A stretch of 63,980 nt of DNA, counting the filler, from Piptocephalis cylindrospora (taxonomy: Eukaryota): assembly GCA_003614145.1 (NCBI GenBank). It is 3 parts of 3 records of this genome, joined end to end, with 100 filler letters (N's around TTAATTAATTAA, not from the genome) between each part and the next. Parts side by side here need not be neighbours in the genome. Positions count along the whole stretch, not along the records: positions 24,029 to 47,824 come from KZ987791.1; positions 47,925 to 63,980 come from KZ987875.1; 1 more part is not named here. One strand, given 5' to 3'. The position numbers and the translations under genes are program-made. The notes beneath the pieces were generated by a model. That model had not been told where the DNA came from. It worked only from the letters and a program-made list of their open reading frames with translations, and ran no database searches. Positions within the stretch are counted from its first letter, which is position 1. Each line of letters opens with the position of its first letter. Shown piece after piece: positions 35,333 to 48,515 of this stretch.

Positions 35333-37256
35333 GTTGAGCAATGGGATGGGGGTGGAGTATCGACAGGGAAGGGAGTGGTTCACAGCAGGATACACGGGGA
35401 GACAAGGGGTAGGAGAGGGGATGGGGGTGTGCTAGGACTGATTGGATGGATGGTGGGGAAAAGGAAGAGAGGATCGGTGGCCGTGATGGTGGGGGTGTAA
35501 AGAGCATACAAGCGGACACGGAATGGGTCGGGGTGGAGAAGGAGGAGGAGGAGAAGAAGGGGGAGGGTGAGTCAAAGGAAGGGGGATGACACACACTCGG
35601 GTGCACGGACCGACTGGGAGGAGAAGGAGGAGGGAAAGAGAGGGTGAGAGAGAGAGAGAGAGAGAAAGAAAGAAAGCTGGCTGGCTAGCCGGTGGGTGGG
35701 TTGAGTAGGATAAGTGTCAAATGGGAATGGCAGGGGGGGGGGAAAGAGTGCGACTATCCGCGACAACTCGGGTATTCACTAGAAAAGGGAGACTGAGTGG
35801 GGTGGAAACGAGGCAAAGAAGGAGGAAGAGGAACAACAAGGAAAGGGTGTAAGGAAGAAAGATGACAGGTGGATCAAGGGAATAAAAGGTCCTACCTGGA
35901 CAGGGACTACTTGTCGGAGAAGAGCGGATGTAGGTGTGGATGTGTGTGGGTGAAAAAGTGTGAGTGTGCGGGCGGATGGGCGGGTGGATGGATGTGCGTC
36001 CCCGTGTAAGGGGAGGAGGGGATAGAGGATCCACACGTCCAAGGGAAGGGAGCGAGCGAGGGAGGGAAGGAGCGAGGGAGTGGGAAGAAGGGCCAAAGAA
36101 GCAATGTCAAAATTGGCAAGGAGAAAGAGTGTGTTGTTTTTAAAGGATGGACAAGGGGGACTGGAGGGAGTAGGGAGGGTGAACAGGGCGAGGGGGGGAG
36201 GATGGGGAGGAGGAAAGCGGAGCTTGGGGCCCATGTGTGGCGGTGGCTTCGGAGTGGTCGACTATTTATACGTGGACCCGCGGATCCAACTGGCTATGCC
36301 CTATGAATGGCGGTGAGGGGGGAGAGGCGGGGAGAGAGACAGTGTGTGTGTGTGTGTGTGCGTGTCTATGTGCAGGGCGGGAGGAAGAGCGTGCCCTGGG
36401 GGATCCATTCTCCGACCGGCCGTGTGGGTCAAGCCTGTGGATGCAGAGGAGTAGTAGTAGTGGTGGTAGCAGCAAGGGCAGAGTAAGGGTGAGCAAGTCT
36501 CAAGAGGAAGAGCCTCCTTCTCCCCTACCCGAGCGGGGTCTATCATGTAGCCGTCGTTGTATGAATCACAGTATGGATTCAAAGCGGTGTGTGTTGCGCC
36601 AGCAACCGGAGTTGTCAGGATGAATGAAGAGGAGGTGGACTGCCCAGTCTCTTGATCCCGGACGGTTCGTCTGCTGGGAGGGTGGATCCAAAAAAGACCG
36701 ACTGGTCCATCTCAATCTCCGCCTCTGATCCGGTCCGGTTGAACTTGCAACCCAGTCTTGATGGTAAGAGGGGAAGGAGCCGCAGAGTCCCTATCCGTCT
36801 CTCTCTCCCTGTCCTTATCCCTGATGCGATTGCCCTTGCCTCTTCTCCTCATGTACATTATTCGATGCTATAAACGTCGGCTATCGATGAGGTCTAGGAG
36901 ATCAGGTGGTCAAGCGACTCATGGGAGATGTGACGGGATGGGATGAGACCTACAGGTCTCTGTCCGTCATCTTCCTTCCCAAACACAGCATCTAGAGCCC
37001 ATACCCTCCCTTCCCATCCTCTTTGTCATGTAGCCGCATTAGCACCTGTACCACTGGACCTCTTCTACCTCAAGGATCGTGATGGATGCGTCCTCCTCTT
37101 TCCTCACACACCCTGCCAAGCTTCTTCTCCCAATAGAGTTTCACCGCCCCCACTGCCGCTACTGAACCTTCCCTATTAGAGCGAGGGAAAGGTCCGATGG
37201 GGAGGAGGTGTGTGCCCCCTTCCCTACCTCCATTTCATCAGGTCCCGCTCCTAGGC

Positions 37257-37258
<2 letters not shown>

Positions 37259-37306
<48 letters not shown>
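37259..37306. repeat. (CA)24 microsatellite
   Basis: Read directly. Confidence 0.95.
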
Positions 37307-37309
<3 letters not shown>

Positions 37310-37784
37310 CGCCAAGTCCTGCTGGATTTGTGCTCCCTGACCTGACCTGGCTTGGTTTGGCCTTGCCTCACCACGGCCCCACCAGCCAAGCCAAGCCCGG
37401 CCCATATCGACTCACAACACACCCGCCCTCGCTCGCCTAAAAGACATCCACCAATCCTTTCCCCTTTGCTTCACTCTCCGACTCTCTTTGGCCCTGCAGG
37501 TGTCGTTCTCCTGTATATAAAGCCACAAATGCCCCTTTTACAATCCGGGAATCTTTCTTTCCTTCTCCTCCTCCTCCTCCTCCTCCTCCTCCTCCACTCC
37601 ATCCCCTCCCCCTCTCTCCTACACACACTTTCCACTTTGGTCTTTCTTTCATCTTTGCTCTGTTTGACACTCAAGTTGTGTATACCTAAAATTCTCCCTT
37701 CTCACCCCTCTTACTCTCTTTTCCTACCCTTTGTGCCCTCTGTCTCTCCTTCACCACCCTCCTCCTCCTCCTCCTCTCCTCCTC

Positions 37785-39829
37785 ATGGGAGGCAACAAGG
37801 AACACTCCTCGACCTTTCGTCGACTTTCCCTCTTCCCCGCCCTGCCCATCCACTTGGGAACCTCCGCTTCCCAACCCAGCCCCTCCCTATCCAAGTCCCA
37901 GGATCCGACTGAATATGACAATGACCCCGATCTCCTCCTCCCCATCCATCCTCGTCGCTCCTCCACCTCCTCCACTAGGTCCTTCTTCTCTCGAAAACGC
38001 TCCTCCTCCTCCTCTGTCCCCTCCTCCTCCTCCCCCTCCTCCCCTTCGACCCCGCAAAAATCCTTGGCTCCCCCAACCGCCCTAGGTGTCACTGTCATTC
38101 CCTCAGCCCCCGATCATCGGCCCTCCCCCCTCTCCTCCACCATCCCTGCCCCAGCCCTTTCCAGTACCGATTTCTTTGTTTCTCCCTTCCTCCCCTCCCC
38201 GCTGACCCCAACCCCTTCGAAAAACCCCTTTGCATCCTCCTCGGCCTCCTCCTCCTCCGCTTCCTCCTCCTCCTCCTCCACGGCTTCCTCAAAACATTCC
38301 AATGACAGCTCCGGTAGTGGTGGAAAGGGAAAGACGGGCCAGGGCAAAGCTGGCCAAAATAAGGCCAACCAGGGAAAAGGGGTCGGATCCTCCCATCCTT
38401 CTCACTCATCCCCCCTCTCTCCCTCCTCCCCCTCCCCTTCTCCCTCCCCCTCCCTCCTCCAGGCTTCCAAGAGGCTGGATCCTCGACGAAGAGCAGATTC
38501 AGAGTCCAGGTCCGATCCCAATGGAAGGTGGAGACACCCCTCACGCGTCGACGAGCATGGATGGAGGATGGTGAGGGACACCATTGAACACTGGATCATC
38601 CAAGATACCTCGCCCTCCCGTCCCAATCCATGTCCCTTGGAGGATTTGACCGATGTGGTTCGGTAAGCTAGATCATCGGTGTCATGGAAACGGAGATCCA
38701 TACGCTCTTCCATCTCACACCTTCCCCCTCTTCCCCTCTTAGAAAACGCTCCTTTCACATTGCCCCTGCAGAAATCCTCATAGATCTGAGGGAAACCCTG
38801 GCCCATGCCATGACCCTACTGGCCGATTCTCCCCCCTTCACCGCCCCCGATGCCCCCAAGGGTCTTCTCCTCACCCAATTGGGTCGCGTATGGTGCCATA
38901 TTCGACTCAATATCCTTCCCCGACTCGATGCTCTCTTCTACTCCCTTCGCTCCGTACCCCCTTCCCTCTCTGCATCCGTCACCACCACCATGAATCGTCC
39001 AGAGACTCGTCCTAGAGAGTGTGTCCTTGCCGCATTTCGCGACCGCTTCCTTCTACCCCTCGATGAGGATGTTCGGGACGCCTTGGCCCACTGGAGCCTC
39101 AAGGAAACCGTCCTTGTCCTCGAGGAGGAGAAGGAGGAGGAGGGGGGTCCTACTAAAGGGACAGGGATGGATGAAATCAAGGAAGAGCCCTTTTCCCATG
39201 ACACATTTCCCCACTTGCACGAGCCTACTTCAACCCCCGCCAAACTTTCCCCTCCCCCTCCCCCTCCTCCTCTCCCCCTCAAGAACAGCCTACCCCCTCC
39301 CTCCAAGGAAGAGGTCGGATCCATCATGGCCACCCTCGTTCAAATGTGTGGCATGCTGTGTAATGTTCCAGGTGAGCCAGAAAGCCGAAAGTCCATTCTC
39401 TCCCTCTGGTCCTGTATCGTCGACCATCACACCCAGTACACCACCAGGGTCGCCGACGGATTCGATCGGTTTGGGTCTATCCCTGGATCCGATCCGTCCG
39501 CCTTCTCTTCCTTCTCCTCTTCCCCCTCCCCTTCCTCCACCACCGTCAACTCATCCGCCTTGGCCTCCTCCTCCATCCATCCCTCCGCCGGCACTAACCC
39601 CTCCACCTCCACATCCTCCACCTCCCTCCCCGTCCTCATCTCCACCTCTCCCTCTCTACCCCCCTTCATCCGTCCCCCGTACGGGGGGAGGGGCACTAGA
39701 TCTGGGAGCGTCGGCAGCAGCTTTGTCTTCTACACTCCCTCAGGCAGGGCCAGATCCGGCACTGGCCCTCCCCTTCCCTCCCTTCCCTTAGTCCCGGTCC
39801 CCTCCACCTCGGGTCACGAGGTCTCCTAA
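37785..39829 (+). CDS. HbrB-domain protein (Bit61/PRR5/Protor-like, TORC2-associated family), 2 exons
   Basis: Intron 38663-38740 (GTAAGC...CTTAG) joins the two ORFs in frame. Pattern PLEDLTDVVR...LGRVWCHIRLNILPRLDALFYSL...VLAAFRDRFLLP...LVQMCGML. Confidence 0.7.
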
Positions 39830-41095
39830 CCGCCCTTCCCACTGGATATGGCTTGAGGTCGAATGGACTGATTCATGCGCCCTCCTTTTGCATATTGGCC
39901 GAGCTAAGAATGACTGGTCCATCCCCCTCCCCCTCCATCATCATCGTGTATTTTCACTGGCTTATGCGAGAGGTCCATCTCCATCCCTCCCTTTTCCCTT
40001 GGAGAAACATGGGGTGGAAAGCAAATGTCTTGCCCAAAAAATGAAAAAGAATAGGCCTTTACTCCCTCCCTCCATCCTCCTCTCCCCATCCGTGTATTGA
40101 ATCCCCATCAATATGATCAACGAAACAATGCATTTGTGTATCCAGTCATCCCTTTGCTACCTAGTCATCTCAATCAGCCAAGATGGATAGGGTACTTTTA
40201 CTTCCCATGCTGAAGACTACATTGTTTCTTCATAGCCCTCGTTCGTTAGCACGACCCACCTGCGCATCTCAATCGTGCAAAGCCCCAAAATGCACCAAGG
40301 ACAACGTGCTATCCATTCTGTCATGCAGCTCCTCGCATACTGCTTCTCATTGTCCTTTATGTTTCATCTCCCCATCTCGGGGGACTGGCCAGAGCCTAGA
40401 TGCCGCCCTTGCTCCGACTAGGTTCACCTTCCTGTCCCCACCCCGTCCCATCCCTCTAGATCTTCAGCTAGAGATGCGTCCCATTCCTCAAAACATCCCA
40501 TCTACTCTCATTTCAGCATCCCCTGTGCACATCCCTCCCCCACATCCCGAAACATTCCTCGAGCCGCATGCAGAGGCTATGTCATCCACAATGATGTCCC
40601 AGCCTCTCTTTCATTTTCTCGTCGCTTCGTCCTTCTCATTGAAGCCTCTAGCTTGGATGGACATCCTTGGGTCTACATGTTTACCTACATGCATCCAGCC
40701 CTTGTCACTGGTCCAAGCCCCGATATCATGGGACTTGAGACTCCATCTGGAAATCCTTCCTGCGTGACCCACGAGCCTGGAATGCACCTCCCCTGTTCTT
40801 CGGGTGAAGTGTTCACGTCCTTATCTCCAGGTGATAGCCATGGATCATCTCCCATCTTTCCTTATATAGCCCCGAGTCATCCTTCCATACCATGTTCTCG
40901 GTAGCTTGGTTGGATTGCCTTTGCTTCATCGTCCCATTCATCATCTCCTCTTTCCCCCATTCCTCTCATCGTATCAAGTTCTTTACTCTTTACACCATCA
41001 CTTACCCGATTACCATAGACACACTCCTTCTACACCCTTAATAATACTACTACTACTACTACTTTCAGAACCTGCCCTCTCTTTCCCTATCTGCA

Positions 41096-42346
41096 ATGGA
41101 CCATCCCTATGTCGTCAAGCTCGCTGACGTCGACTGGAAGGAATACCAGATCCCCTTGAGGATCCACTCCATCGCCCTGGTCCTCCTCTCGGCCTCCTTT
41201 TGCTGCTCCGCCACCATCCTTCTTCTCTCCTGGGCCATGGGCCGGACTCGTACCATCGGTCATCGGATCCCCATCTACCTAGGCATCTGTGATATATTTG
41301 CCTCGGGTATCCACATCATAGATCATATTTACTCCCTCATGAACCGCCACCCCTTTCCCCCAGCCCAGTGCACCGCTGTTGCCGCCGTATTTAGCTTTTG
41401 GATCAATTGCTCCCTCTTCTTGGTCTCCACCATGGCCATCTCCATCTTTTACGGCGTCTATCGCCATACCCTCATCGACTTCGGTCGGTACGACTGGAAG
41501 CTCCTCGTCACCACCATGATCGGATCCCTTGTTTTCGTCTCCCTTGGCCTCGGGTTCCGAGCCTATGGGTCTTCCGGCTACTGGTGCTACATTGATCCCA
41601 TGAGTCCTTGGGGCATGTCGGCCAACACCTTCTATCACTTCACCCTCCCTCTCGGCGTCTTGAGTATCTGTTTCTTTTGCTACTCCCTTACCTTCCGTAA
41701 AATGCGTCAAAACGCACGGGCTCTCCAAGTCAATCAATTTCAGTCTTTTGGTTCCGCCAGCGCCCGCACCCTCATCGATCGCGGTGTCTCCAGTCGTGTT
41801 ACTACTCGCTTTGCCCGTTTCCTCCGATCTCCCCTCCCCAGTAGCTCCCCTGAGGAGGTCAACGAAGACAAAGAGGGTGTCGATTCCGCCTCCACCACTC
41901 TGGCCAAGGGCACTAACACTAAGAGCTTTACATCATCCCACACCCCCTCAGGTGCAAGGGCCTTACGTGTTCAGTGGCGCGTTGTCCGTCATATTTCCGC
42001 CTATGTCTTTATCTTCATCGTTCAGTGGACCCCGATTATGTGTGTCGTCCTGTATATGCTTACTCTGTGGGATGGCGCCGAGGTGCCCGACTGCATTGTC
42101 GCTCTCTTTACTACCGGTGGTATCATGCATCTCCTGGCCTTTATCTGGAACCTTAAGGATCAGGACAGCGATTCTCACTCTCGTCGATCCATCTCATCCA
42201 CCGCATCCCCCCATATTGGGCCCTCGCCTCTTTCCCAGGGCCCTGGGACCTCTTCCTCTCAAGGCACTAGGTTTGCCCAGAATGACATTTATGAGTATTC
42301 CGTGGACCAAGACAGTGTCCTGTCTATCCCTCAATCCGAAGTATGA
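41096..42346 (+). CDS. 7-TM GPCR, cAMP-receptor-like/Git3 class
   Basis: Seven hydrophobic segments, RIPIYLGICD, Cys in TM3, YGSSGYWCYID loop, AYVFIFIVQWTP in TM6; intronless. Confidence 0.85.
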   Translation: MDHPYVVKLADVDWKEYQIPLRIHSIALVLLSASFCCSATILLLSWAMGRTRTIGHRIPIYLGICDIFASGIHIIDHIYSLMNRHPFPPAQCTAVAAVFSFWINCSLFLVSTMAISIFYGVYRHTLIDFGRYDWKLLVTTMIGSLVFVSLGLGFRAYGSSGYWCYIDPMSPWGMSANTFYHFTLPLGVLSICFFCYSLTFRKMRQNARALQVNQFQSFGSASARTLIDRGVSSRVTTRFARFLRSPLPSSSPEEVNEDKEGVDSASTTLAKGTNTKSFTSSHTPSGARALRVQWRVVRHISAYVFIFIVQWTPIMCVVLYMLTLWDGAEVPDCIVALFTTGGIMHLLAFIWNLKDQDSDSHSRRSISSTASPHIGPSPLSQGPGTSSSQGTRFAQNDIYEYSVDQDSVLSIPQSEV

Positions 42347-42663
42347 CCCATGCATCCCCTAAGATGCTGAACGAGGTGATATCAGTATCCATACCCTGTT
42401 TATTCCCCCCTTTAGCAGTTCTTTCAACGAAATTTCCCGGTCTTTCTTTTGGATAAGAAATGATGCTCAAGTGATGAGGGCTTTCATAAAGAAAAACAAC
42501 AATAATTCAGCACGTATAGAGAGTAAGATCCGATAAAAAGAACCAAAGGAGAATGTTCTATTACAAATACATTCTCCCTCTCATTCTTATTCTCAATCAC
42601 CCTCGCTCTCTCGCACTCTCTCTCACCCTCTCTTCCTTTCAGACACACAAAGTTCATATCACC

Positions 42664-43829
42664 TTACTGGGCAACCTTTGCAAGCTTGCGGCGGGACTGA
42701 ACAGCGGTAGACAGGCCCTCGAGCATGGTGACGGTGTCATCCCAATGGACACAAGCATCCGTGATGCTCTTGCCATACACAAGGCCAGAGGGGCCATCAG
42801 CAGGCATATCTTGACGACCCTCCACGAGATTGCTCTCGATCATGAGTCCAATGACATCCGTATCTCCAGCAGCGATTTGGGAGGCGACATCGGCACAGGC
42901 AGTGATCTGGTTCTTGTGCTGCTTCCGGCTATTCCCGTGGGAGCAATCCACCATGACATTAGGGGTGATGTTGGCCTTGGTCATGGATTCTCGGGTCTTT
43001 TCCACCCAGGCTGATTCGTAGTTGGGGCCCGAAGTACCACCCCGAAGGATAATGTGGCAGTCAGGATTACCACTGGTGTTGGTGATGGCAGCCAGACCCT
43101 GCTTAGTTACCCCGAGGAAGTGATGGGCGTTGGAGGAAGCCCGGATCGCATCCAGGGCAATACCGGCATTTCCATCAGTTCCGTTCTTGAATCCGACAGG
43201 GAAGGAAACCCCGGAGGCCAGCTCACGATGAAGTTGACTTTCGGTGGTGCGGGCGCCAATGGCACCCCAAGAGATAAGGTCACCGACGAATTGGGGGGAG
43301 ATGGTGTCGAGGAGCTCGGAGCCCACAGGGATACCGGCGTCAGTCAATTCACACAGGAGCTTGCGAGCAAGACGAAGCCCCTTGTTGATCTGGAAGGATC
43401 CATCGATCTCTGGGTCGTTGATCAGACCCTTCCATCCCACGGTGGTCCTGGGCTTCTCAAAGTACGCGCGCATGATGATGACCAGATCGTCAGAGAGGCG
43501 ATCGGCCACTTCCTTCAGGCGGAGTCCGTATTCTATGGCGGCCTTGGGATCGTGGATGGAGCAGGGCCCGACGATTACCACAATCCGATCATCTTGACGG
43601 CGGAGGACAGCCTTGGCCTCGGCGCGTCCCCGATCAATAGTATCCTTGGAAGCTTGTGACTGATCGAGGGAAAGAGAAAGATGGAGGAATGGTGAGTGAA
43701 AGGGGAGATGGGAGCGGTACGACAATGCTCAATACTTACCAGAGGGACCTCAGCTTGGAGGAGCTGAGGAGGAATAAGGGGATCGTAGGACTCGACCAAA
43801 AGATCATCCAAAAAGTAACCTTGAGTCAT
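42664..43829 (-). CDS. DAHP synthase class I (Aro3/Aro4 type), 2 exons
   Basis: Intron 43739-43660. Motifs VGPCSIHD, RAYFEKPRTTVGWKGLINDP, GAIGARTTESQLHRELASG, GFKNGTDG, DCSHGNS, SITDAC. Confidence 0.96.
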
Positions 43830-46800
43830 TGTAATTTATGATAAAGGGGGAGGGGTTTGAAGTTGTAGTTTAATGGGTGGGATGTATGCCAAGAGTAATG
43901 GGATGTCAGGAAAGGGTAAGAGAGAGTGAAGCAGCGGGGTGGGATGGTGGGAAAAGGGGAATAATCCTCTTGTGCTATCCTCCATCCCTCAAGTATTTAT
44001 AATTCTCGAAGAAGCTCTTATCTACCATCCGTATTGTATAGGATAGGGAAATGCCCTTTACAGGCATTGTGTCTTCTTGGTCCATCTCATTAGGCCGCAT
44101 TAGCTGCCGTCGGCCAGGTGCCATGGTGTCAAAAAGAACGACAGATAAACCAGGAGGGGATTTCGTTTCACCCCTACCCACTTCTCCTGCATGATCCCGG
44201 GTAGAGTCGGGCGTGTATGTATGTATATATTTATGGAACGATGGTGCGAGGGGATGCTAGGGTCTTGGCCAGCATTACATTCTCCCTACCCCTTCTGTCC
44301 TGAGAGGTAGAGGTAAAGTAGGTATGATCTTGGATGCAGTTTTCCCAATGCTAATCTCTACCCCCGGGAAAAACAAAAAGGTCATATCACTCAAAGAGGA
44401 TGGTGTACCGACGGGGGGTCGCTAGGGCAAGGGGAGTCATCAGGAGATAGATAAGCCATAATGGTCTGGCCAAATGGGATAGACATTAGGCCTAAACCGG
44501 GGGTGGCCTTATCAGAACTTTCATCCTTCCTCTCACTCTCACATTTCCTTCACAGTAAACTCTGTTCGAAGTGTGTGGGGTAAGGAGGGAAAAGCATATA
44601 GATATGGATGAGTGGGCTAAATGTCTCAACAATCAAAGGGGGATCATGGTGGATGTGAAAGCAGTGGATTTCTAATATAAAGTATAGACGATGTATCCAG
44701 AGGACATAGGGCCAGTATAGAGTGGTCATAGGGGATGACGAGGTCGAGATGCAGCTGGAGCACTTCATGCTGATGGTCGAGAACATCTACTTTGATCTGC
44801 ATTCCTGCGTAGATGAACTATCACAGAGCACCAACCGGGGATTATTTTGATTTGAACAAATAAAATGGAAGGTAAAGGAGAAAGGAGATGAAAAGGAAAG
44901 GGAAAGGGGGTGAGTATACCCTTCCATGAGAAGTGATCTTCGGGGTAGAGCAATGCCCAGTGGAAAAGTGGGCTTATATGCCCTGAATACCTGGTAGGTT
45001 ACAATGTTCCATGGTTCCAAGACAGAATTGCATCCCGTAGGATATAAGGCGAGGCATGAAGGGTAGATGCACACCTTGTGGTGACGGAGAAGGGTGGCAC
45101 GTTGCTCCCTAGAAATTATATGGATCACGAATTAACAAGGAAAGTGATTTGACTGATCCATAGTGAAGAATATACTCTCTAGAAAGAAATCATTTGATTT
45201 CAGAAAGGAAGGTGCTTCTAGGAAGAGGGGAGGGGGCATCGGGAAAGGAGAGCAGGGATCATTTCGTGGGATGGAGATCAAGGGATCGGTGTGCATTATC
45301 AGGACAGGGGAAGGATGTCATTCCATGGGCTATCCCTCTCTCAGAGTTGCTTGTGAGAGACGATTTTTAGTCAAAGGGTTACAAAATGGTTCTTGGATGA
45401 AAAAAACAATAGACCATCTTACTATGGAATAGTCTGTTGGTTTCAATTCGTTTGTGAATGAGAGAATCAATGACATGATTGATGTGTTGATTTGAAAACG
45501 AAATTATTGACATAATGCGGTAAGTTTTTCTATTTACCAATTTGGCGTAGACATTGAGTGGCGGAGCTTGATCCTGGGAAAGCAGATTTACCAAGAGGAG
45601 GAGAAATGACGGGCACTCAGGGGGGCGGATGAGTATACCGTTTTCGGGGAAGGGGGAGGGGATTATATGGCAGTTCGAGCTTCCAGCTTCTTCAATTGGG
45701 CCGAGCAGCCTTCATGAAGACGAACGATTCTTCGGAAGAAGGTGGGTTGCAAAAACTTCTAGCTCTTATGAATTACTTTGTATAGAGTATACACCGGAGG
45801 GCTAATCTCCTGATATCGGATGCGTCGAACATTTAGACGGGTGGTGTGTTTGAATACCCATCAAAATGCCCCGCCAAGGTAAAAGAAAGCGGTTTTATTA
45901 TCATTGGTGTAAGCTCTAGAGCTACGGACGTAATCTATTAGTTATTCAGTCGGGAAGATGCATAAAATCAAAGTCAGTTGACAAGACGAAAACTCATGCC
46001 GTATACACTTGAATTTCCCCATAAGTATTGGGATGAAAGCTGACGATGCAATACTCCATCATGATTGTCATGTAAAAATGGGATGATTGGATCATTGTGC
46101 CCTTTACATTGCATTCCAGACCGAAAGTAAGATGACTTTAGGACCATATGAAGATACATCTGGACTTCAAAAAAGGTTGTCAAGGATAAGCACATTTCTT
46201 CCATATGGGTCATGGCGAATATAGCTCAACTTTTGCTGAGCACTGCCCTGTTGTCAACTAATGTCCCTAAATAAACATGGTTGGCGACGTTAATTTTAGA
46301 GCTAGCATGGTGACAGAGACACTTGAACCATACTTAGAACTCAGCATACCTTATCGCGAATCCCCAGTTATGAACTCCATGCTATCTAAATCTAGGGTAG
46401 TATTCAGGCCCATCGGGTAGCGATAGGATGAACCTCACATGATTCATGACGAAAAGGGAGCTGATATCCCCATCAGGTTTGATTAATTATGCAGAGATAC
46501 TGCCTTCATTTGATAATACTATGTGGATGAAAAGCGAGTGTCCGAAGAAAAGGGTCATGAGTGTATGCATGTGTTGTATGGAGCTGGGGGGAGGGAGGTA
46601 TCAAGTAATCGGCGGGCAGAAGGGATGAGTGGTCAAATGACCGACAGAGTCAGGGACGGGAAGATGAAGCATGGGGGGGTCGAGAAGGGAAGCTGCATCC
46701 TCTTGTCATCTTACTCTTTTACACCCTATCTTATCTTATCTCCTCTAAATCATGTGCATGGTGCCGTCATTGATCGATGTCTTTGGCCATCCATCCATCG

Positions 46801-47088
46801 CTTGTGTCACATTTCATCTACTTGCCCTTCAGTTAGGGCACCCTAATTCTCCTACAATAGATCCAGGGTGTTCTATGAAGAAACGGCGTAAAAAATATCT
46901 CTCTCTGCCTAAACTAATTATTGTCTGATGTGAAATGATAATGGTATTAGAAGCACTGCTGCGTTTGAAGTCGACAGCGGAAAATGGAATCAGCCTCTGA
47001 AACTTCCACAAAAATATTTGGACCCATCGCCATGCCAACCCGTGCCTCATAGCACAACTACCTGTCAGAAAGGAATGGTCAGAGATAG

Positions 47089-47821
47089 TTACGCCTTGAC
47101 CTGATTCATGCTTTCAGCATGGGCTGTGTCCACAATAGTGCTGGTGCTTGAGGAAGCAGGGCCTGAAAGAAGCTGAGGGCCCCCAGCTCGACCAGAGAGT
47201 CCACCTCCTCCAGAAGCTTCTTGAGACCGATGGCCGCTATGATGTCCACCTCCAGTGGACCATTCTCGCTCCTTGCGGGTATCTCGTTCATTGTAGGACC
47301 AAACAAAGTAATGGACCATGCCCATGGAGGCAAAGAAGGCCAGGCCGCACATGGGGATGGAGCGCAGGTCGGAATAGTAGGTACCCCAGGTTACATACAC
47401 TTGAATGGGGGTCCAGGTGACGAGAAAGGCCAGAATATATGATGCAGCGTGTCTAATCACACGAAGAGTAATTCGATCAGCTCGGTTTTCATGTAACGAT
47501 GGGGTGACTGAAAGCCTGTTGGATCCTCCGGCAGTGGGGGAGTACATGGATGACCTGGTACGGGAAAAGCGGGCAGCCCAAGAACTGGGCAAATGATCAG
47601 ATGGATTGCGAGAGGATGGGGAGAGGACAGCGGCAGAGGCTGGGGTTCCCACGCCACTGGAATCTCTAGAACTCTCGCGTAACTCATTAGCGTTTTTCCT
47701 CATGGCTCTCACGGTCATTAAATATGCAAAAGCAGTGACGATGAGGTAGAAGATGGGGATGAATACATAGTAGACCGAGGCTGCCTTTACCCCATACTTT
47801 GATCCAGCGTCAATGAAGCAC
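47089..47821 (-). CDS. Second cAMP-receptor-like GPCR, C-terminal half; 5' part lost in the gap
   Basis: Open frame from the gap: CFIDAGSKYG...AYLMTVRAMRKNA...RVIRHAASYILAFLVTWTP...WSYNE, collinear with the 41096 GPCR. Confidence 0.8.
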
Positions 47822-47824
47822 CTG

Positions 47825-47924
47825 NNNNNNNNNNNNNNNNNNNNNNNNNNNNNNNNNNNNNNNNNNNNTTAATTAATTAANNNNNNNNNNNNNNNNNNNN
47901 NNNNNNNNNNNNNNNNNNNNNNNN
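47825..47924. other. Assembly gap / artificial contig spacer
   Basis: N44-TTAATTAATTAA-N44. Confidence 0.97.
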
Positions 47925-48515
47925 CTGAAGTTCTCATGTAGAATAAGGATAATGTTGCATGGGGCTCAAGGGTGTCCTTGCCCTTTGTAGTGCATGGTTA
48001 AGGGAGGGACGGGGTCATGATAAGCACTCCTTTGTGCATAGTAGGCGCTACCCAACAATAGTCTATCATCCCCAAAACTAAGCGAATGCGTGAATTATAG
48101 CTTCGGTTTCGATTTCGAGCTCACTGGATATGATTAATTCAATGGACTTTCAGTTTGAAGTAGCTCCATCCCGGGTTCAGGTGGATCTTTAGCATGAGAC
48201 CGATTTTGTCACTTTTTATTATTTTTGCTTTTAGCGATATTTCTGGCTAATGCATTGCCCCTTCATACATAATTCGTCTCGGAAAATCTAGCCTTCTGCT
48301 TTCAATGGCCCAATACTTCATATTGCATTCCCTAGCAGCAAGATCCAAGATAGCATGTACACCAAAAGAGAATGATTGAATATGTATCACGTTAGTCTGA
48401 AAGTTCAAGAGAACAGAGCAGCAGGGAATAGAGAAAACCGAGAGCGAAGAGATAGGGGAAAGGAGTGAAAGAGGAGGATGGAGTAAGGAGGTAGCGATAA
48501 TGGAGCCACTACCTG

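Noticed and set aside
33037..35435. Many overlapping alternative and antisense ORFs over the Cdc20-family gene (similarly over the HbrB, DAHP and GPCR genes)
   Set aside because: Expected from GC-rich, stop-poor coding sequence; no independent motifs.
35400..37780. Long purine/pyrimidine-skewed tracts and ORFs between the Cdc20-family and HbrB genes
   Set aside because: CT-rich leaders and microsatellites like those before most genes in this window; the ORFs are compositional artefacts.
44500..46300. Short minus-strand ORFs that might be a decayed or multi-exon gene
   Set aside because: I could not build a consistent spliced frame or recognise a domain.
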